The notes: generated by a model from the letters alone, not told the origin. Positions 33,406 to 43,928 are shown, counted from the stretch's first letter. The stretch: DNA of 64,000 nucleotides from Nitrospirota bacterium (GCA_963790205.1 CAWBNQ010000003.1:1-64000); one strand, 5' to 3'. Numbers and translations: made by a program.

Positions 33406-34569
33406 ATGAAAAAAGCATTGTTCGCTGCAGCGGTTTCGATCCTGTTCGCATGTGCGGTCCTGCCGGGGTGCAGCGGGGGCGGGGGAGGAGTCCTGTTGCC
33501 CGCAAAGACAAGAATATCCCGCGCCTACGTCGTGAATGCGAACGAGGGAACGGTAGCGGCATTCACCATCGATCCTGCAAACGGGACCCTCACCAGCACC
33601 GGCACGATCACGGCGGGCGCGCTACCGAGTTCCGCTGCGACCGATCCCCAGGGCAGATTTCTTTATGTGGCGAACGGAGACACGACCCTCTCTGCGTTCA
33701 CTATCGATGCCGCCACAGGCGCGCTCACCAGCGCGGGCACGGGCACGACAGGAGGATATGCTATCTACGTCAATGTCGACCCGCGCGCCCGGTTCCTTTA
33801 CACCCCGAACTGGGATACCAATGATGTGGCCCTCTTTGCCATTGACCAGTCCAGCGGGGCGCTCGCGAGGACCGATTGCGGCGGCGGCGCTGGATGCAAT
33901 GGCATGAATTTCGCGACCGGAATGAGCCCCTACTCCAATGTCGCCTTCGACCCAACGGGGAAATACGCCTATCTGGCCCTCCAGGGGGCCAATAAGGTGG
34001 CTCGATTCGTCATCGATCAGACAACGGGGGCGCTCAGCAGCTCGGTCACGGTCACTGCGGGGACCTCCCCGGGCTACGTGGTCCTAGACCCCCAAGGCAA
34101 GTTTGCTTACGCTGCCAACGCGACTTCCAACGACATTTCGGCATACCTTGTCAGCGCAACGACCGGAACGCTCTCGCAGATCGACTGCGGCGGCGGCGCG
34201 GGCTGCAACGGCAAGAACTTCTCCGCCGGAAGCTTCCCGAACACCCTCGCAATGGATCCTGCCGGCCAGTTCCTGTACGCCGCGAATGCCAACGACAATA
34301 CGGTTTCCGCCTACACGATCAATGGCGCCACGGGCGCCCTCTCCCAAGTCGCGGGCTCGCCTTATTCCGTGGGGCCTGACGCCTGGGGGGACGAATCCGT
34401 TGCCGTTGACCCCTCGGGCAAATTCGTCTACGCCACCAGTGATCGGTCGAACAACGTCGCAAGCTTCTCCATAAACGGCGCGACCGGCCAGCTTACGCCG
34501 CTGACAGCCTCTCCAGTTGCTACAGGAGGGGAGGCGTACTTCATTACCACGACGGTCACCAGTTACTAG
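33406..34569 (+). CDS. lactonase-family beta-propeller lipoprotein
   Basis: Lipobox LPGC; repeated DPxG(K/R)F(L/A)Y blades with TGALT turns. Confidence 0.87.
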   Translation: MKKALFAAAVSILFACAVLPGCSGGGGGVLLPAKTRISRAYVVNANEGTVAAFTIDPANGTLTSTGTITAGALPSSAATDPQGRFLYVANGDTTLSAFTIDAATGALTSAGTGTTGGYAIYVNVDPRARFLYTPNWDTNDVALFAIDQSSGALARTDCGGGAGCNGMNFATGMSPYSNVAFDPTGKYAYLALQGANKVARFVIDQTTGALSSSVTVTAGTSPGYVVLDPQGKFAYAANATSNDISAYLVSATTGTLSQIDCGGGAGCNGKNFSAGSFPNTLAMDPAGQFLYAANANDNTVSAYTINGATGALSQVAGSPYSVGPDAWGDESVAVDPSGKFVYATSDRSNNVASFSINGATGQLTPLTASPVATGGEAYFITTTVTSY

Positions 34570-34685
34570 CAGGGAGAAAGAAAGACGCTCTTCCCCGGGA
34601 GGAACGAAAACACAAAGGCCCGGGAAACTCACGGGCCTTCGCGTTTTAGCCGTCCTTGCTTTTTTTGTCATATACTACCTACAGC

Positions 34686-35219
34686 CTACCATCTCCCGTC
34701 TACTGTCTCTCCGGTCGGTTTCGAGATCGGCGATGGGGCCGCTTCCCGGTAATTGGAGATGCACACCGATTCCAGGAAACCCTGCATTGCTGCGGGGTCC
34801 AATCCCACGCGGACCTTGACATCCGATTGGCAGGCAGTAAGGATCGTCTGGACGAGGTTTCGTGCGCTGAACTCGAGGATCTCCCGGACAGCCTCGGGAG
34901 ACACGTCCTCGATCAGAAGATCATCCTCCTGATACCACCCATCCCCGTGATCGCCTGTCGAGCCTGAGGAAGTAGAGGCCTTCCTCGTCACAGTGCCCCG
35001 CTGCAGGGCAAAGTAGGACACATCGGCCCGAAGCTGCTGCAGGCCCTTGAATGCGGCGTTGGAGCAGATGCCGGTCCTTCCCCAGATGATGGGATTGAAC
35101 TTGGGCAGGCTGAGGCCGCTCGTAAAGATGTAGCTCCCGGGGCGAAGCTCGGACTCACGAATTTTGATGGAGAAAAAATCGTTCTTGTACTCCAGTGAAC
35201 CAATGGCTGTGGTCTGCAT
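34686..35219 (-). CDS. hypothetical protein
   Basis: 177-aa ORF with AGGAGG RBS and host-like codon usage. Confidence 0.65.
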   Translation of the reverse strand: MQTTAIGSLEYKNDFFSIKIRESELRPGSYIFTSGLSLPKFNPIIWGRTGICSNAAFKGLQQLRADVSYFALQRGTVTRKASTSSGSTGDHGDGWYQEDDLLIEDVSPEAVREILEFSARNLVQTILTACQSDVKVRVGLDPAAMQGFLESVCISNYREAAPSPISKPTGETVDGRW

Positions 35220-35375
35220 GATGGGCTCCCTCCTTTTGATGGAACTTATATAAAACCGTTTCTATCCTATTTAGATTCAGTATAGCCGATGTCAGGGCCG
35301 ATTGCCAGTAAAAAATAATGATTCTAAACTGAAGCTGTGATTTGATATCTCTTGATAATGATCGAATGTGGGGGT

Positions 35376-35443
35376 GTTGTTGCACCCGTTGCGCAGCATT
35401 CGGGGGTTCTGGCCGGAGAGAAAGCTCTCCGGTTTTTTTGTTT
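35376..35443 (+). repeat. dispersed ~70-bp element, copy 2
   Basis: gttgttgcacccgttgcgcagc...gccggagag-aaag-ctctccgg followed by a T-tract. Confidence 0.85.
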
Positions 35444-35525
35444 AGGGGCGCGCCGAACCGGTGCGGGATGTGCTACTATTTTCATGAGAGGAAAAATAGA
35501 AGAATAAAACTGAGGAGGTAATGAT

Positions 35526-36062
35526 ATGAAGAAGGTTATGACAGTAACCGTCGTACTCCTTTTAGCCATAGCATTCGGCCCTATGACAGTCTTCTCAAGC
35601 GAGCAGATGGGCCCGCCGGTAACCCACTCCAAGGACTTCGAAAGAATGAAGGACCTGGTCGGGGCTTGGGAAGGGAAGGCGGACATGGGCAAGGGCATGG
35701 TGACGCTTCGGGTCACCTATGAGCTGACCTCGGCCGGCAACGCCATAGTGGAAAAATTCGCCGCGGGGCAGCCCCACGAGATGGTCACGGTCTATCACGA
35801 TTTCGGCGGGAAGCTCGCCATGACCCACTACTGCTCCCTCGGGAACCAGCCGCACATGGAGCTCAAAAACCCCGGCGAGAGCACGATGATGTTCGTTCTG
35901 TCTGAAAAGAACCCCGGCATTGCGACGCTGACCGAGATGCACATGCACGCGCTCACGATCGTTGTTGATGGTAAAGACAGCATCACCGAGACCTGGTCGC
36001 TCTATGACAAGGGTGCCAAGAAATCCGACGTCACGGTGAAGCTCGCGCGGGTCAAAATGTAG
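35526..36062 (+). CDS. exported hypothetical protein
   Basis: Signal peptide; EMVTVYH..MTHYCSLGNQP motif; GAGGAGG RBS. Confidence 0.8.
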   Translation: MKKVMTVTVVLLLAIAFGPMTVFSSEQMGPPVTHSKDFERMKDLVGAWEGKADMGKGMVTLRVTYELTSAGNAIVEKFAAGQPHEMVTVYHDFGGKLAMTHYCSLGNQPHMELKNPGESTMMFVLSEKNPGIATLTEMHMHALTIVVDGKDSITETWSLYDKGAKKSDVTVKLARVKM

Positions 36063-36066
36063 CGAT

Positions 36067-36624
36067 TTGAAAAAACTCGATCATTCATTCTACCAGCGTG
36101 ATGCGAAAAAGCTCGCCCGGGACCTGATCGGGGCGGTCCTCGTTCGTCGCGTTCGCGACAGGGAATACCGGGCGCGCATCGTGGAGGCCGAAGCCTATGT
36201 CGGCCCTCATGACCTCGCATCCCATTCCTCCAAGGGCCGCACGAAACGTACGGAAGTCATGTTCGGTCCCGCGGGCCAGGCTTACGTTTACCTGATCTAT
36301 GGGATGTACGAGATGTTCAATATCGTGGCGGGCAAGACCGGCAGCGGTCAGGCGGTGCTCATCCGGGCGGCCGAGCCCCTGGGCGACTGGAAGGCCGATC
36401 TCTCGGGCCCGGGCAAGCTCACGCGCTCGTTCAAGATCACCCGTGACCTGAACGGACTGGACCTGACCAAGGACACGCTGTACCTCATGCATGATCCTGC
36501 TTACCGGCCGCGGACCAGGAGGACGAAAAGGATCGGCGTGGAGTATGCAGGGGAATGGAAAAACGAACTGCTCCGCTTTTTTGATGAGAGGAGCAAGGCG
36601 GTTACCCATCGCTTCAAGCCTTGA
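36067..36624 (+). CDS. DNA-3-methyladenine glycosylase (MPG/AAG family)
   Basis: IVEAEAY, YVYLIYGMY, AVLIRAAEP, GPGKL, RIGV. Confidence 0.95.
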   Translation: MKKLDHSFYQRDAKKLARDLIGAVLVRRVRDREYRARIVEAEAYVGPHDLASHSSKGRTKRTEVMFGPAGQAYVYLIYGMYEMFNIVAGKTGSGQAVLIRAAEPLGDWKADLSGPGKLTRSFKITRDLNGLDLTKDTLYLMHDPAYRPRTRRTKRIGVEYAGEWKNELLRFFDERSKAVTHRFKP

Positions 36625-36775
36625 TCTTTTTTCCGTCCCGAATCTTTGCTATAATTACGCAGGATAATCCACGATCACCATTCTTAAGAACATGCAGGAC
36701 ATCGGTTCCTACGATAGTGCGAAGGGAGCGGGTCGCGGCATCCTGGAATGCAGTTAACAATGAACAGGAGGACAT

Positions 36776-37207
36776 ATGGGAGAGGTGCTGAGCCTGATAT
36801 TTCAGATTGCGGGTTTGTGGCTGGGTGTTTACCGCATCTGGCCCGAGGCGGCGTATCTTCTCCGCGCGGCGCAGGAGGCGCGGTTGTTCTTTTCGCCCGC
36901 GCTTGAGGCGGGGGAGCGCGTCCTCCTCTATTTCACGCTCGTGCTTTTGCCTTTGATGCATCCCCTGAGGAAAGTATTAGGAAATAAACTCTCCAGCGCC
37001 CTGGCTGTGCTCGTGTTCTCGGGGCTCTGCGTGGTCCTGGCGCATGTTCTTCATGCCTCGATCATCGACGGCTATGTTTTCTCCATATCTGTGAAAAAGA
37101 ACTGGGTTTCGCTCGCCCGGACTGCCGCTGTTTTTGTCATTGTCGCCGGCAACTGGCTTATTGCCTTTGCCGAGATGTACCGGACGGCCAAGGTCGCGGG
37201 GAAGTAA
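36776..37207 (+). CDS. hypothetical membrane protein
   Basis: AGGAGG RBS; four hydrophobic segments. Confidence 0.7.
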   Translation: MGEVLSLIFQIAGLWLGVYRIWPEAAYLLRAAQEARLFFSPALEAGERVLLYFTLVLLPLMHPLRKVLGNKLSSALAVLVFSGLCVVLAHVLHASIIDGYVFSISVKKNWVSLARTAAVFVIVAGNWLIAFAEMYRTAKVAGK

Positions 37208-37226
37208 CAGCATGTAGCGGCGGGCT

Positions 37227-37298
37227 GTTGTCGCACCCGTTGCGCAGCGTTTGAACGATCACAAGCCGGAGAAGAAATTCTCTCCGGCTTTTTTGTTT
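37227..37298 (+). repeat. dispersed ~70-bp element, copy 3
   Basis: gttgtcgcacccgttgcgcagcgtttgaacgatcacaagccggagaagaaattctctccggcttttttgttt. Confidence 0.85.
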
Positions 37299-37604
37299 CA
37301 GAACGCCTTTCCGCATTTATCCCTGCGGGGCATACAATATGCAATCAGTATGTAATAAAGATGGTAGATCGTATCTGAACATTGTTTTAGACAGCGATAA
37401 TGCGGCCTTTTCCATGAGCTTTCAGTTGTTGATCTGTGTCGATAATGCTTCATGGTGGCGATTCTTCCACACTACAAGGAGCATTACGATACTTTGGTCA
37501 CCTGAGATAGAAAGTTGGAAAGGTTATGACCAGAGTTCGCAGAGGGGGAGGAAGTAGAACGTGAACGGTTTTGACCATACCATTTCGGGTCAAAGGAGGG
37601 CGCC

Positions 37605-37790
37605 ATGGATATTGAAAAGGTCCTGGAGGAGTATCGCAATGGCGATGAGGGCAAGCGGCTGCATCTTTTTCTGGCTTTCCGCGATCTGCGGGATTATTTC
37701 AGCAGGATTGAGCAGGAGAGCCCGGGCGACGATTTCACCATTGTGAGGTTCCCCTGGAGCAGGAAGCATCACGTTCCGCGCGCTGCCTGA
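37605..37790 (+). CDS. small hypothetical protein
   Basis: AAGGAGG RBS; 61 aa, LEEY..GD..KRLHLFL.FRDLR..F. Confidence 0.65.
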   Translation: MDIEKVLEEYRNGDEGKRLHLFLAFRDLRDYFSRIEQESPGDDFTIVRFPWSRKHHVPRAA

Positions 37791-37874
37791 CGGCGACTGT
37801 GAGCAGCGACGCATCCCTTCGATCATCCCCCACTTCGCGGTTGCGTTCCGGACAGAAACCCGGTACCATGCCGC

Positions 37875-38696
37875 ATGACCCGGTTCAAGACCCCCCTCGA
37901 GATCTATGCGCTCCTGCCGAAGACGAACTGCGGCGATTGCGGTATGGCGACCTGCCTCGCCTTCGCGGCGTCGGCTCTTAAAGGAGAGAAGCGTCCCGCC
38001 GACTGCCCGCGCCTGTCCCCGGAACAGCTCGCCAGGCTTGCGGGAGGGATCGGCAGGCAGGTCAATATCGAGAGCATCCGGGATGAACAACTGAAGGAGC
38101 TGAGGAAGAAGATCGCGAAACGGGACATCGTCTCCCGGGCGGGGCTGATCGGCGCCGCGAGCGACGGCCGGTCCGTTACGATCAGGTGCCTGGGCAAGGA
38201 TTTCGAAATCGACGGCCGGGGCGCGGTCGCGTCGCAGTGCCACACCCATGCGTGGTTCTCCCTGCCGCTGCTCGATTACCTTCTGCACTGCGAGGGAGCG
38301 GCGCCCTCCGGCAGGTGGGTGCCTTTCCGGGAGCTCCCGCGGGGGAAGACCTGGAACCCGCTCTTCGAACAGCGGTGCGAGAAACCTCTGAAACGGATCG
38401 CCGACAGCCATAACGAGCTGTTCGAGGCACTGGTGAGCATGTTCGGCGGGACCTCCGCCGCGCGCGCTTTCGACTCCGACATCGCCGTGGTCCTCTTTCC
38501 CCTGCCCCGGGTGCCGATGCTGGTCTGCTACTGGAAGCCGGAGGACGGCATGGAGTCGCAGCTTCACCTTTTTTTCGACGATACCGCCGAACGGAACCTC
38601 CCCGTGGAGTCGCTGTTCACCCTGGCGACCGGGATCGTGCGCATGCTCGAGCGGATCATGTTCCGGCACACGGACGGCAGGAGCGAACTGTCCTGA
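37875..38696 (+). CDS. Fe-S domain + DUF3786 protein
   Basis: LPKTNCGDCGMATCLAFA..CP Fe-S motif; WVPFRELP, PLPRVP, LFFD C-domain. Confidence 0.88.
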   Translation: MTRFKTPLEIYALLPKTNCGDCGMATCLAFAASALKGEKRPADCPRLSPEQLARLAGGIGRQVNIESIRDEQLKELRKKIAKRDIVSRAGLIGAASDGRSVTIRCLGKDFEIDGRGAVASQCHTHAWFSLPLLDYLLHCEGAAPSGRWVPFRELPRGKTWNPLFEQRCEKPLKRIADSHNELFEALVSMFGGTSAARAFDSDIAVVLFPLPRVPMLVCYWKPEDGMESQLHLFFDDTAERNLPVESLFTLATGIVRMLERIMFRHTDGRSELS

Positions 38697-38743
38697 CGCG
38701 AAACCAGGGGCCTGCCGGGAAACTTCGGAAGATACAGAGTGAC

Positions 38744-38808
38744 GTTGTTGCACCCGTTGTGCGGTGTTTAAACGATCGGGGCCGGGGTAAAATTCTCTCC
38801 GGCCCTTT
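38744..38808 (+). repeat. dispersed ~70-bp element, copy 4
   Basis: gttgttgcacccgttgtgcggtgtttaaacgatcggggccggggtaaaattctctccggcccttt. Confidence 0.85.
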
Positions 38809-38905
38809 CCATTGACGACCGCTGATGAAGGCGGAGGTATTTCTGCCTTTTGAATGAAGAGAGCGGTTATCCTGAACGACTACCTTGGAGGAGGACCGTA
38901 TTGTA

Positions 38906-39472
38906 ATGTTTACTTCTTTTTTTTTGAAAATGCTGAACAGGGAAGCATCCTCCCGTCGGAGCAAGCCTGAGGAGATCCTCGAACAACTGCACATCCGGGA
39001 AGTGCAGGTAATTGCCGACATCGGGTCAGGGGGTGGGTATTTCACGCTCGCCTTTGCCAAGCGTGCAGGAACGGCCGGACGCGTCTACGCAGTTGACGTC
39101 AAGAAGAGGTACCTGGATTTCATCAAACAGCTGGCGGAACAGACGGGATTAGGCAACGTCATTTTCGTACTCGCTGCCGAAGGCAAGATGGACCTGCCGG
39201 AAGCGGGCCTCGATCTTGTTTTCGCAAGGAACGTATTTCACCATCTGCCTGAACCGGGAAACTTCTTCGCCAAGCTCAGAAGATATCTCAAACCGGGCGG
39301 CAAAGTCGCTATCATTGAGCATAAGAAAAAGGGCTTCGGCTTTGTCCCTCTCTTCGGCCACCATACGTCCCGTGAAACCATCATGCGGGATATGGCAACA
39401 GCGGGCTACTCTAAAACGAAGTCCTTCGATTTCCTGCCGGACCAGACCTTTACCCTGTTCGAAGTAACATGA
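38906..39472 (+). CDS. class I SAM-dependent methyltransferase
   Basis: IADIGSGGGYF, VYAVD, LKPGG. Confidence 0.9.
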   Translation: MFTSFFLKMLNREASSRRSKPEEILEQLHIREVQVIADIGSGGGYFTLAFAKRAGTAGRVYAVDVKKRYLDFIKQLAEQTGLGNVIFVLAAEGKMDLPEAGLDLVFARNVFHHLPEPGNFFAKLRRYLKPGGKVAIIEHKKKGFGFVPLFGHHTSRETIMRDMATAGYSKTKSFDFLPDQTFTLFEVT

Positions 39473-39606
39473 GGAACTCTCGAAGACCGGCTGTATTTCT
39501 GCAGTTGGATCACTTTGGTAATTTCAAAGCAATCGCTTTATGCGACACTCATGACGCTCCCGATCGCTTCCGCACTGCCTTCCCCCTCTAAACCATTCCC
39601 TGCCTG

Positions 39607-39659
39607 TTGACTTTCGATGTTGACTTTCGATTGACTTTCCTCCCCCCGCCTGATACTCT
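39607..39659 (+). promoter_or_regulatory. putative sigma70 promoter with triplicated TTGACTTTC
   Basis: ttgactttc at 39607, 39620 and 39631; the third TTGACT is 17 bp from TACTCT with an upstream TG. Confidence 0.5.
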
Positions 39660-39704
39660 CAATAATAATATGCAGCAACGGATCACGGGTCCAGACTCAT
39701 GCTA

Positions 39705-40805
39705 ATACAAACGCACTAAGTAATGTTACAAAGTCGCCTGACTTTGTGCTTTGACCACGAGTCAAGCGTCCTTTGGACCGTTGCCCAGATTGCGTCAAGG
39801 TTATCAAACCACCGGTTGGTAGTTGATTCATAGCGAATCTGGCGCCATATGCGTTCCTGCATATTCAAGGCAGGCTGATATGGTGGTAAGTACACAATCC
39901 GGAGTCGTTTATGCTTTCTGAGAAACTCCCGGATTGGGTCACCCCTATGCCAACGAGCTCGGTCAACATACAGCCAGATAGTGTAGCCACGAAGCTGGCT
40001 ATAAAGGTGCCGCAGCACTTTGAGAAAACCTTCTCGGTTGCCACGTTCCGTTTGGATGACGCCGGCACGAGCCAGAAGAGGAGCCACCCAGCCGGAAACA
40101 TTCAAACGTTTCTGATGCTGGCTGGTTGTCGGCACTTTCAACCGTTTCCCGATGAGCGCCCAGCCGCGGCCAAGCCGAGGGTGCAGAGTAAAACCGCATT
40201 CGTCCTGAAAAACCACAGTTTCTTTAGGACCCAGCGTTTTGAGTTTTTTTTAGGCTCCTGGCAAACTTCTTCGCGTCTTCTGCCTTTGCCTGGAGATAAA
40301 CGTGATTGGCTCGCTTTAACCGATACCCAAGTTGATGCATCCAGTATTGGGCCTGACGGACTTTCAGCTTTATCCCGAACTGGCGCTGTAAATGAGTTGC
40401 CAAAGTGGGGCCATCCCATCGAATACGATTTAAGCCGAACTTCTGGGGCGATTCCTCCAGTTGAAGCTCTAGCTGAGCTACGATCTTAGGAGTCATCCGA
40501 ACTGGACGGCCTGACTGCTTTTTCGGGACAAGGGCTTCTACTCCGTCCTTGTTTACCGCCCGCGTCCAGCGGTTTACGTTCATCCGGGTCTGGCCTAGGA
40601 CTTCTGAGATCCACCCCGGTCGTTGACCCTCCATTACCAAGAGGAGGGTAGCTATCTTTATGCCGATCCAAGCTCCTGGCACCTTCTCTGCGAGGGCCAG
40701 CAATTGCTCTTTGGACACCTTTATTGGGCTTGCAGGGGATGTTTTCATGCCCCCAGAATAACATAAAGTATGGTTAAAGTGTAACAATATTTACTGCGTT
40801 TGTAT
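39705..40805 (-). mobile_element. IS630-family insertion sequence
   Basis: IRs atacaaacgca(c/g)taa at both ends, flanked by duplicated TA. Confidence 0.93.
39716..40748 (-). CDS. IS630 transposase, orfA (HTH) + orfB (DDE) joined by probable -1 frameshift at an A8 run (40244-40251)
   Basis: orfA 40748-40224; orfB FQDE..VDRARWH..LPPYQPALNMQERIW; A8 run in the overlap. Confidence 0.88.
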
Positions 40806-40915
40806 TAGTTGAGATACAAGGGCGATAAACAGTAAAGATTCAAACCTGATAGGTTAGAGTGAATGCTCAGAAAAGGTCCGCGAGGTCGGGTCGCGGGGTT
40901 CAACGGCCGGTCATT

Positions 40916-41830
40916 ATGGTGAAAGCAACTATCCTGCTCGTGCAAGACGCGCAAACTCAGGGAAACGGCACCAAGTACTTTCTTGACGACGCCGGCTACC
41001 ACGTTATCTGGGTCGGGTCGGGCGTGTCGGCGCTTGCCGTTGCCACGCAACAGCCCCTCGACCTGATCCTCCTTGATGCCGCTCTTCCCGATATTGAAGG
41101 AGGCGACCTCTGCCGACGGTTCCGGTCGTGCGGTGAGACGAGCACCGTCCCGATCATTCTGCTCGTCGCGCCCGGGTACACGCCGGACCCGTCCGCCGGA
41201 CAGGTTGATGGACCTGACGACTATCTTACAAAACCCTATACAGAGCGCGAGCTCAATGCCAGTATCTCCACTGCGCTGAAAACGAGGGTGCTCAAGAATG
41301 AACTCGAAGAGAAGAACCGTCTGCTGGCCGAACAGCGCTCGCAGGCCGGGCCGCCGGACATCATCGATCCGGCCACGGGACTGTTCAGCCGGCGACAATT
41401 CGAGGCAATGTTCTCGAAGGAATTCAAACGTGCTGTGCGTTTCAAACAGCAGATGAGCTGCATGCTGATCGACCTGGACGGCCGGAAGGTGGGGCGTACG
41501 GCGGACGAAGCAACGCTCAAGGCAATAGTGCGGCTTGTTCAGGACACGATCCGGGAGGTGGATACCGCCGCCTGGTGGTCCGGCGAAGCACTCATCATCC
41601 TGCTTCCGAACACCATACGGAATGACGCGGTGCTGGCGGCTGCGCGCATCCTTGAGGCCGTGGCGGACTACCCGTTCACGTGGTCCGATTCCTCGAAGGT
41701 CACGATGAGCATTGGCGTTGCGGGGCTGCCCGATAGGAGCATTGACACTGAACAAAAACTGATCGAAGCGGCTGCTTCGGCGTGCAAGCGGGCCCGGGAA
41801 TTGATGCCCTCTTTCCGCCGCGAGAGCTGA
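40916..41830 (+). CDS. receiver + degenerate GGDEF protein (PleD-like)
   Basis: DLILLD..PD, DDYLTKPY; DPATGLFSRR, IREVD, GGDEF replaced by SGEAL, VTMSIGVA. Confidence 0.88.
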   Translation: MVKATILLVQDAQTQGNGTKYFLDDAGYHVIWVGSGVSALAVATQQPLDLILLDAALPDIEGGDLCRRFRSCGETSTVPIILLVAPGYTPDPSAGQVDGPDDYLTKPYTERELNASISTALKTRVLKNELEEKNRLLAEQRSQAGPPDIIDPATGLFSRRQFEAMFSKEFKRAVRFKQQMSCMLIDLDGRKVGRTADEATLKAIVRLVQDTIREVDTAAWWSGEALIILLPNTIRNDAVLAAARILEAVADYPFTWSDSSKVTMSIGVAGLPDRSIDTEQKLIEAAASACKRARELMPSFRRES

Positions 41831-42248
41831 GAGCCCCTAAGGGAAGTTGTTGCGCCCGCTGCGTTATGACCATCAGCAGAACTTTGCAGACATTAGTGCC
41901 GAAGATGCAGTCTGTAATTGCGGTCAAATTTTACGAAGAACAACCTGCGTTTTTTATAAAGCCGGTGCCCATCCAGGACCTGCAAAGGCCGTCCGCGATA
42001 TCATCCGCAGGACCCGCACGAAGTCGTCGCATGAAGCTTTCCCGATACTCGGAACATCCTGAGGCCGGCCCGAAATCGGCAGTGTAGTATGCGAACGGTC
42101 AGTCACGATGAGCGATTTCAATGCCCTCGCGGGGTGTATACGCCGAGCTCTGAACTTGGAACCGTGATTCACATTCCGCATTTTCAACAATACCTTGGAA
42201 AAAAGAGATAGAGTACCATCTTCCCACGGGAGGTTCACTGAGAAAGCC

Positions 42249-42959
42249 ATGAAAAAAGCACTGCTCGCAGACGATATCCACGCTCTCCTGGAACCGAACC
42301 ACAGCTTTTTAAACCGGACGGACATCAAGGTGTTCACCGCGACAACGAACGATAAGGCGCTGAAGCTCCATCTTAAGGAGCGGGTCAACCTCATCATTAC
42401 GCAGCTCGACATGCCCGGCATGCCGAGCGAGCAGTTCTGTTCCCTGATCCGGGAGGATGCGAACCTTCGCTCCACTTCGATGATCATGGTTTGCGAGAAC
42501 ACGCCGGCGGCGATCGAACAGAGCAGGCAGTGCAGGGTGAATGCGGTGCTGCCGCGTCCGGTCCATCCCATCGTGCTCATGGAAAAAGCGCAGCAGCTCC
42601 TGGATGTTGCCGCGAGGCAGACGCTCCGCGTGTTCCTGAGCGCCAGTGTAGAAAGTCATACCGGGGACGAATCGTTCTTCTGCCGCTGCCTGAATATCAG
42701 CGTTACGGGAATGCTGATCGAAACCGATAAGCTTCTTGCTGAAGGCGCCCGGCTGTTCAGCGTACTCTACCTCCCTGATGCAAAAAAAATACTGACGCAT
42801 GGCAAGATCGTCAGGACCATTGCACGAGCTCCCGGAGGCACGGAATATCAATACGGTCTTATGTTTACGGAGATCAGCCCCGAGACCAGACGGCAGCTTT
42901 CGGAGTTTGTCGAAAATACGTCGCCTAAATCGCGTTCGGACGGCTTCGTAGCTTCGTAG
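42249..42959 (+). CDS. receiver-like + PilZ domain protein
   Basis: RQTLR (RxxxR) and NISVTG ((D/N)xSxxG) PilZ motifs; degenerate REC N-domain. Confidence 0.85.
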   Translation: MKKALLADDIHALLEPNHSFLNRTDIKVFTATTNDKALKLHLKERVNLIITQLDMPGMPSEQFCSLIREDANLRSTSMIMVCENTPAAIEQSRQCRVNAVLPRPVHPIVLMEKAQQLLDVAARQTLRVFLSASVESHTGDESFFCRCLNISVTGMLIETDKLLAEGARLFSVLYLPDAKKILTHGKIVRTIARAPGGTEYQYGLMFTEISPETRRQLSEFVENTSPKSRSDGFVAS

Positions 42960-43274
42960 TCCCCAGTCAGACTTCGCGGCCCGGCATCGGCCTCAACGGT
43001 TCCCGTTTTCCCAGCGGTTTAAAGGAAATAAAGCGACGTCGGCTCTTCGGATACTTCTGTGGATCGCCGCCACGTAGGAGTGCGAGCCTTCCCGTATTTC
43101 CTCCTTCTTCGGATCGCAGCCGGGCGACGCCTCTTTCCGAAAACCTTGACATTGCGGCCAATATCATGCATCATTGGTTGCCGGCACGCATTGCTGCGCC
43201 GGTACTCTGTACCTGACCTGAGTAGTTATTGTTTGCTTTGATTATTTTCCGCAGCACGGCATACCGAGGATCCA

Positions 43275-43928
43275 ATGAACTCCGGAGAACGTCTTATAGA
43301 AAACCTGCAGAGACATCAGTTGATGGTCGCGGTCCGTACTGAAACCGCCGAAGACGCCTATCGTGCGGCAACGGCCTGCGTGGAAGGCGGGATCAGGTTC
43401 ATCGAGATCACCTTCTCGGTGCCCGGGGCCGACGAGGTGATACGGCGGTTACGCGCAGACGAACGGGTTTTGGTGGGGGCCGGCACGGTCCTCTGCGTTC
43501 ATGACGCGAGAAAGGCGCTGAAGGCCGGCGCCTCCTACCTGGTAAGCCCCGGCTTCGATGAAGACGTGGTGAAGTTCGCAAAAAAGGAAGGCCTTGTTTC
43601 GATTCCCGGCGCGGCCACGCCGACGGAAATATACCGGGCCCATAAAGCGGGCGCAGATATCATCAAGCTCTTCCCCTTTGTCGAGCTCGGCGGCCTCGGT
43701 TTTCTCAAGGCGGTCAGGGGACCGCTGCCCTTCGTGCGATACATGCTGTGCGGCGGGGCGAACCTCGACAATGTTTCCAAATATCTTGCTGCCGACGCAG
43801 CGGGCATCCTTATCGGGTCGGCCATCATCAGGCGCGAGCTCGTGGCAACAAAAGATTGGAATTCCATTACCGGGCTGGCGCAAAGTTTTGTCAGAAAGGT
43901 TGAGGATTCTGCGCGGAAACAGGTATGA
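43275..43928 (+). CDS. eda: KDPG/KHG aldolase
   Basis: IEITF, VGAGTVL, VSPG, PGAATPTEI, IKLFP. Confidence 0.9.
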   Translation: MNSGERLIENLQRHQLMVAVRTETAEDAYRAATACVEGGIRFIEITFSVPGADEVIRRLRADERVLVGAGTVLCVHDARKALKAGASYLVSPGFDEDVVKFAKKEGLVSIPGAATPTEIYRAHKAGADIIKLFPFVELGGLGFLKAVRGPLPFVRYMLCGGANLDNVSKYLAADAAGILIGSAIIRRELVATKDWNSITGLAQSFVRKVEDSARKQV

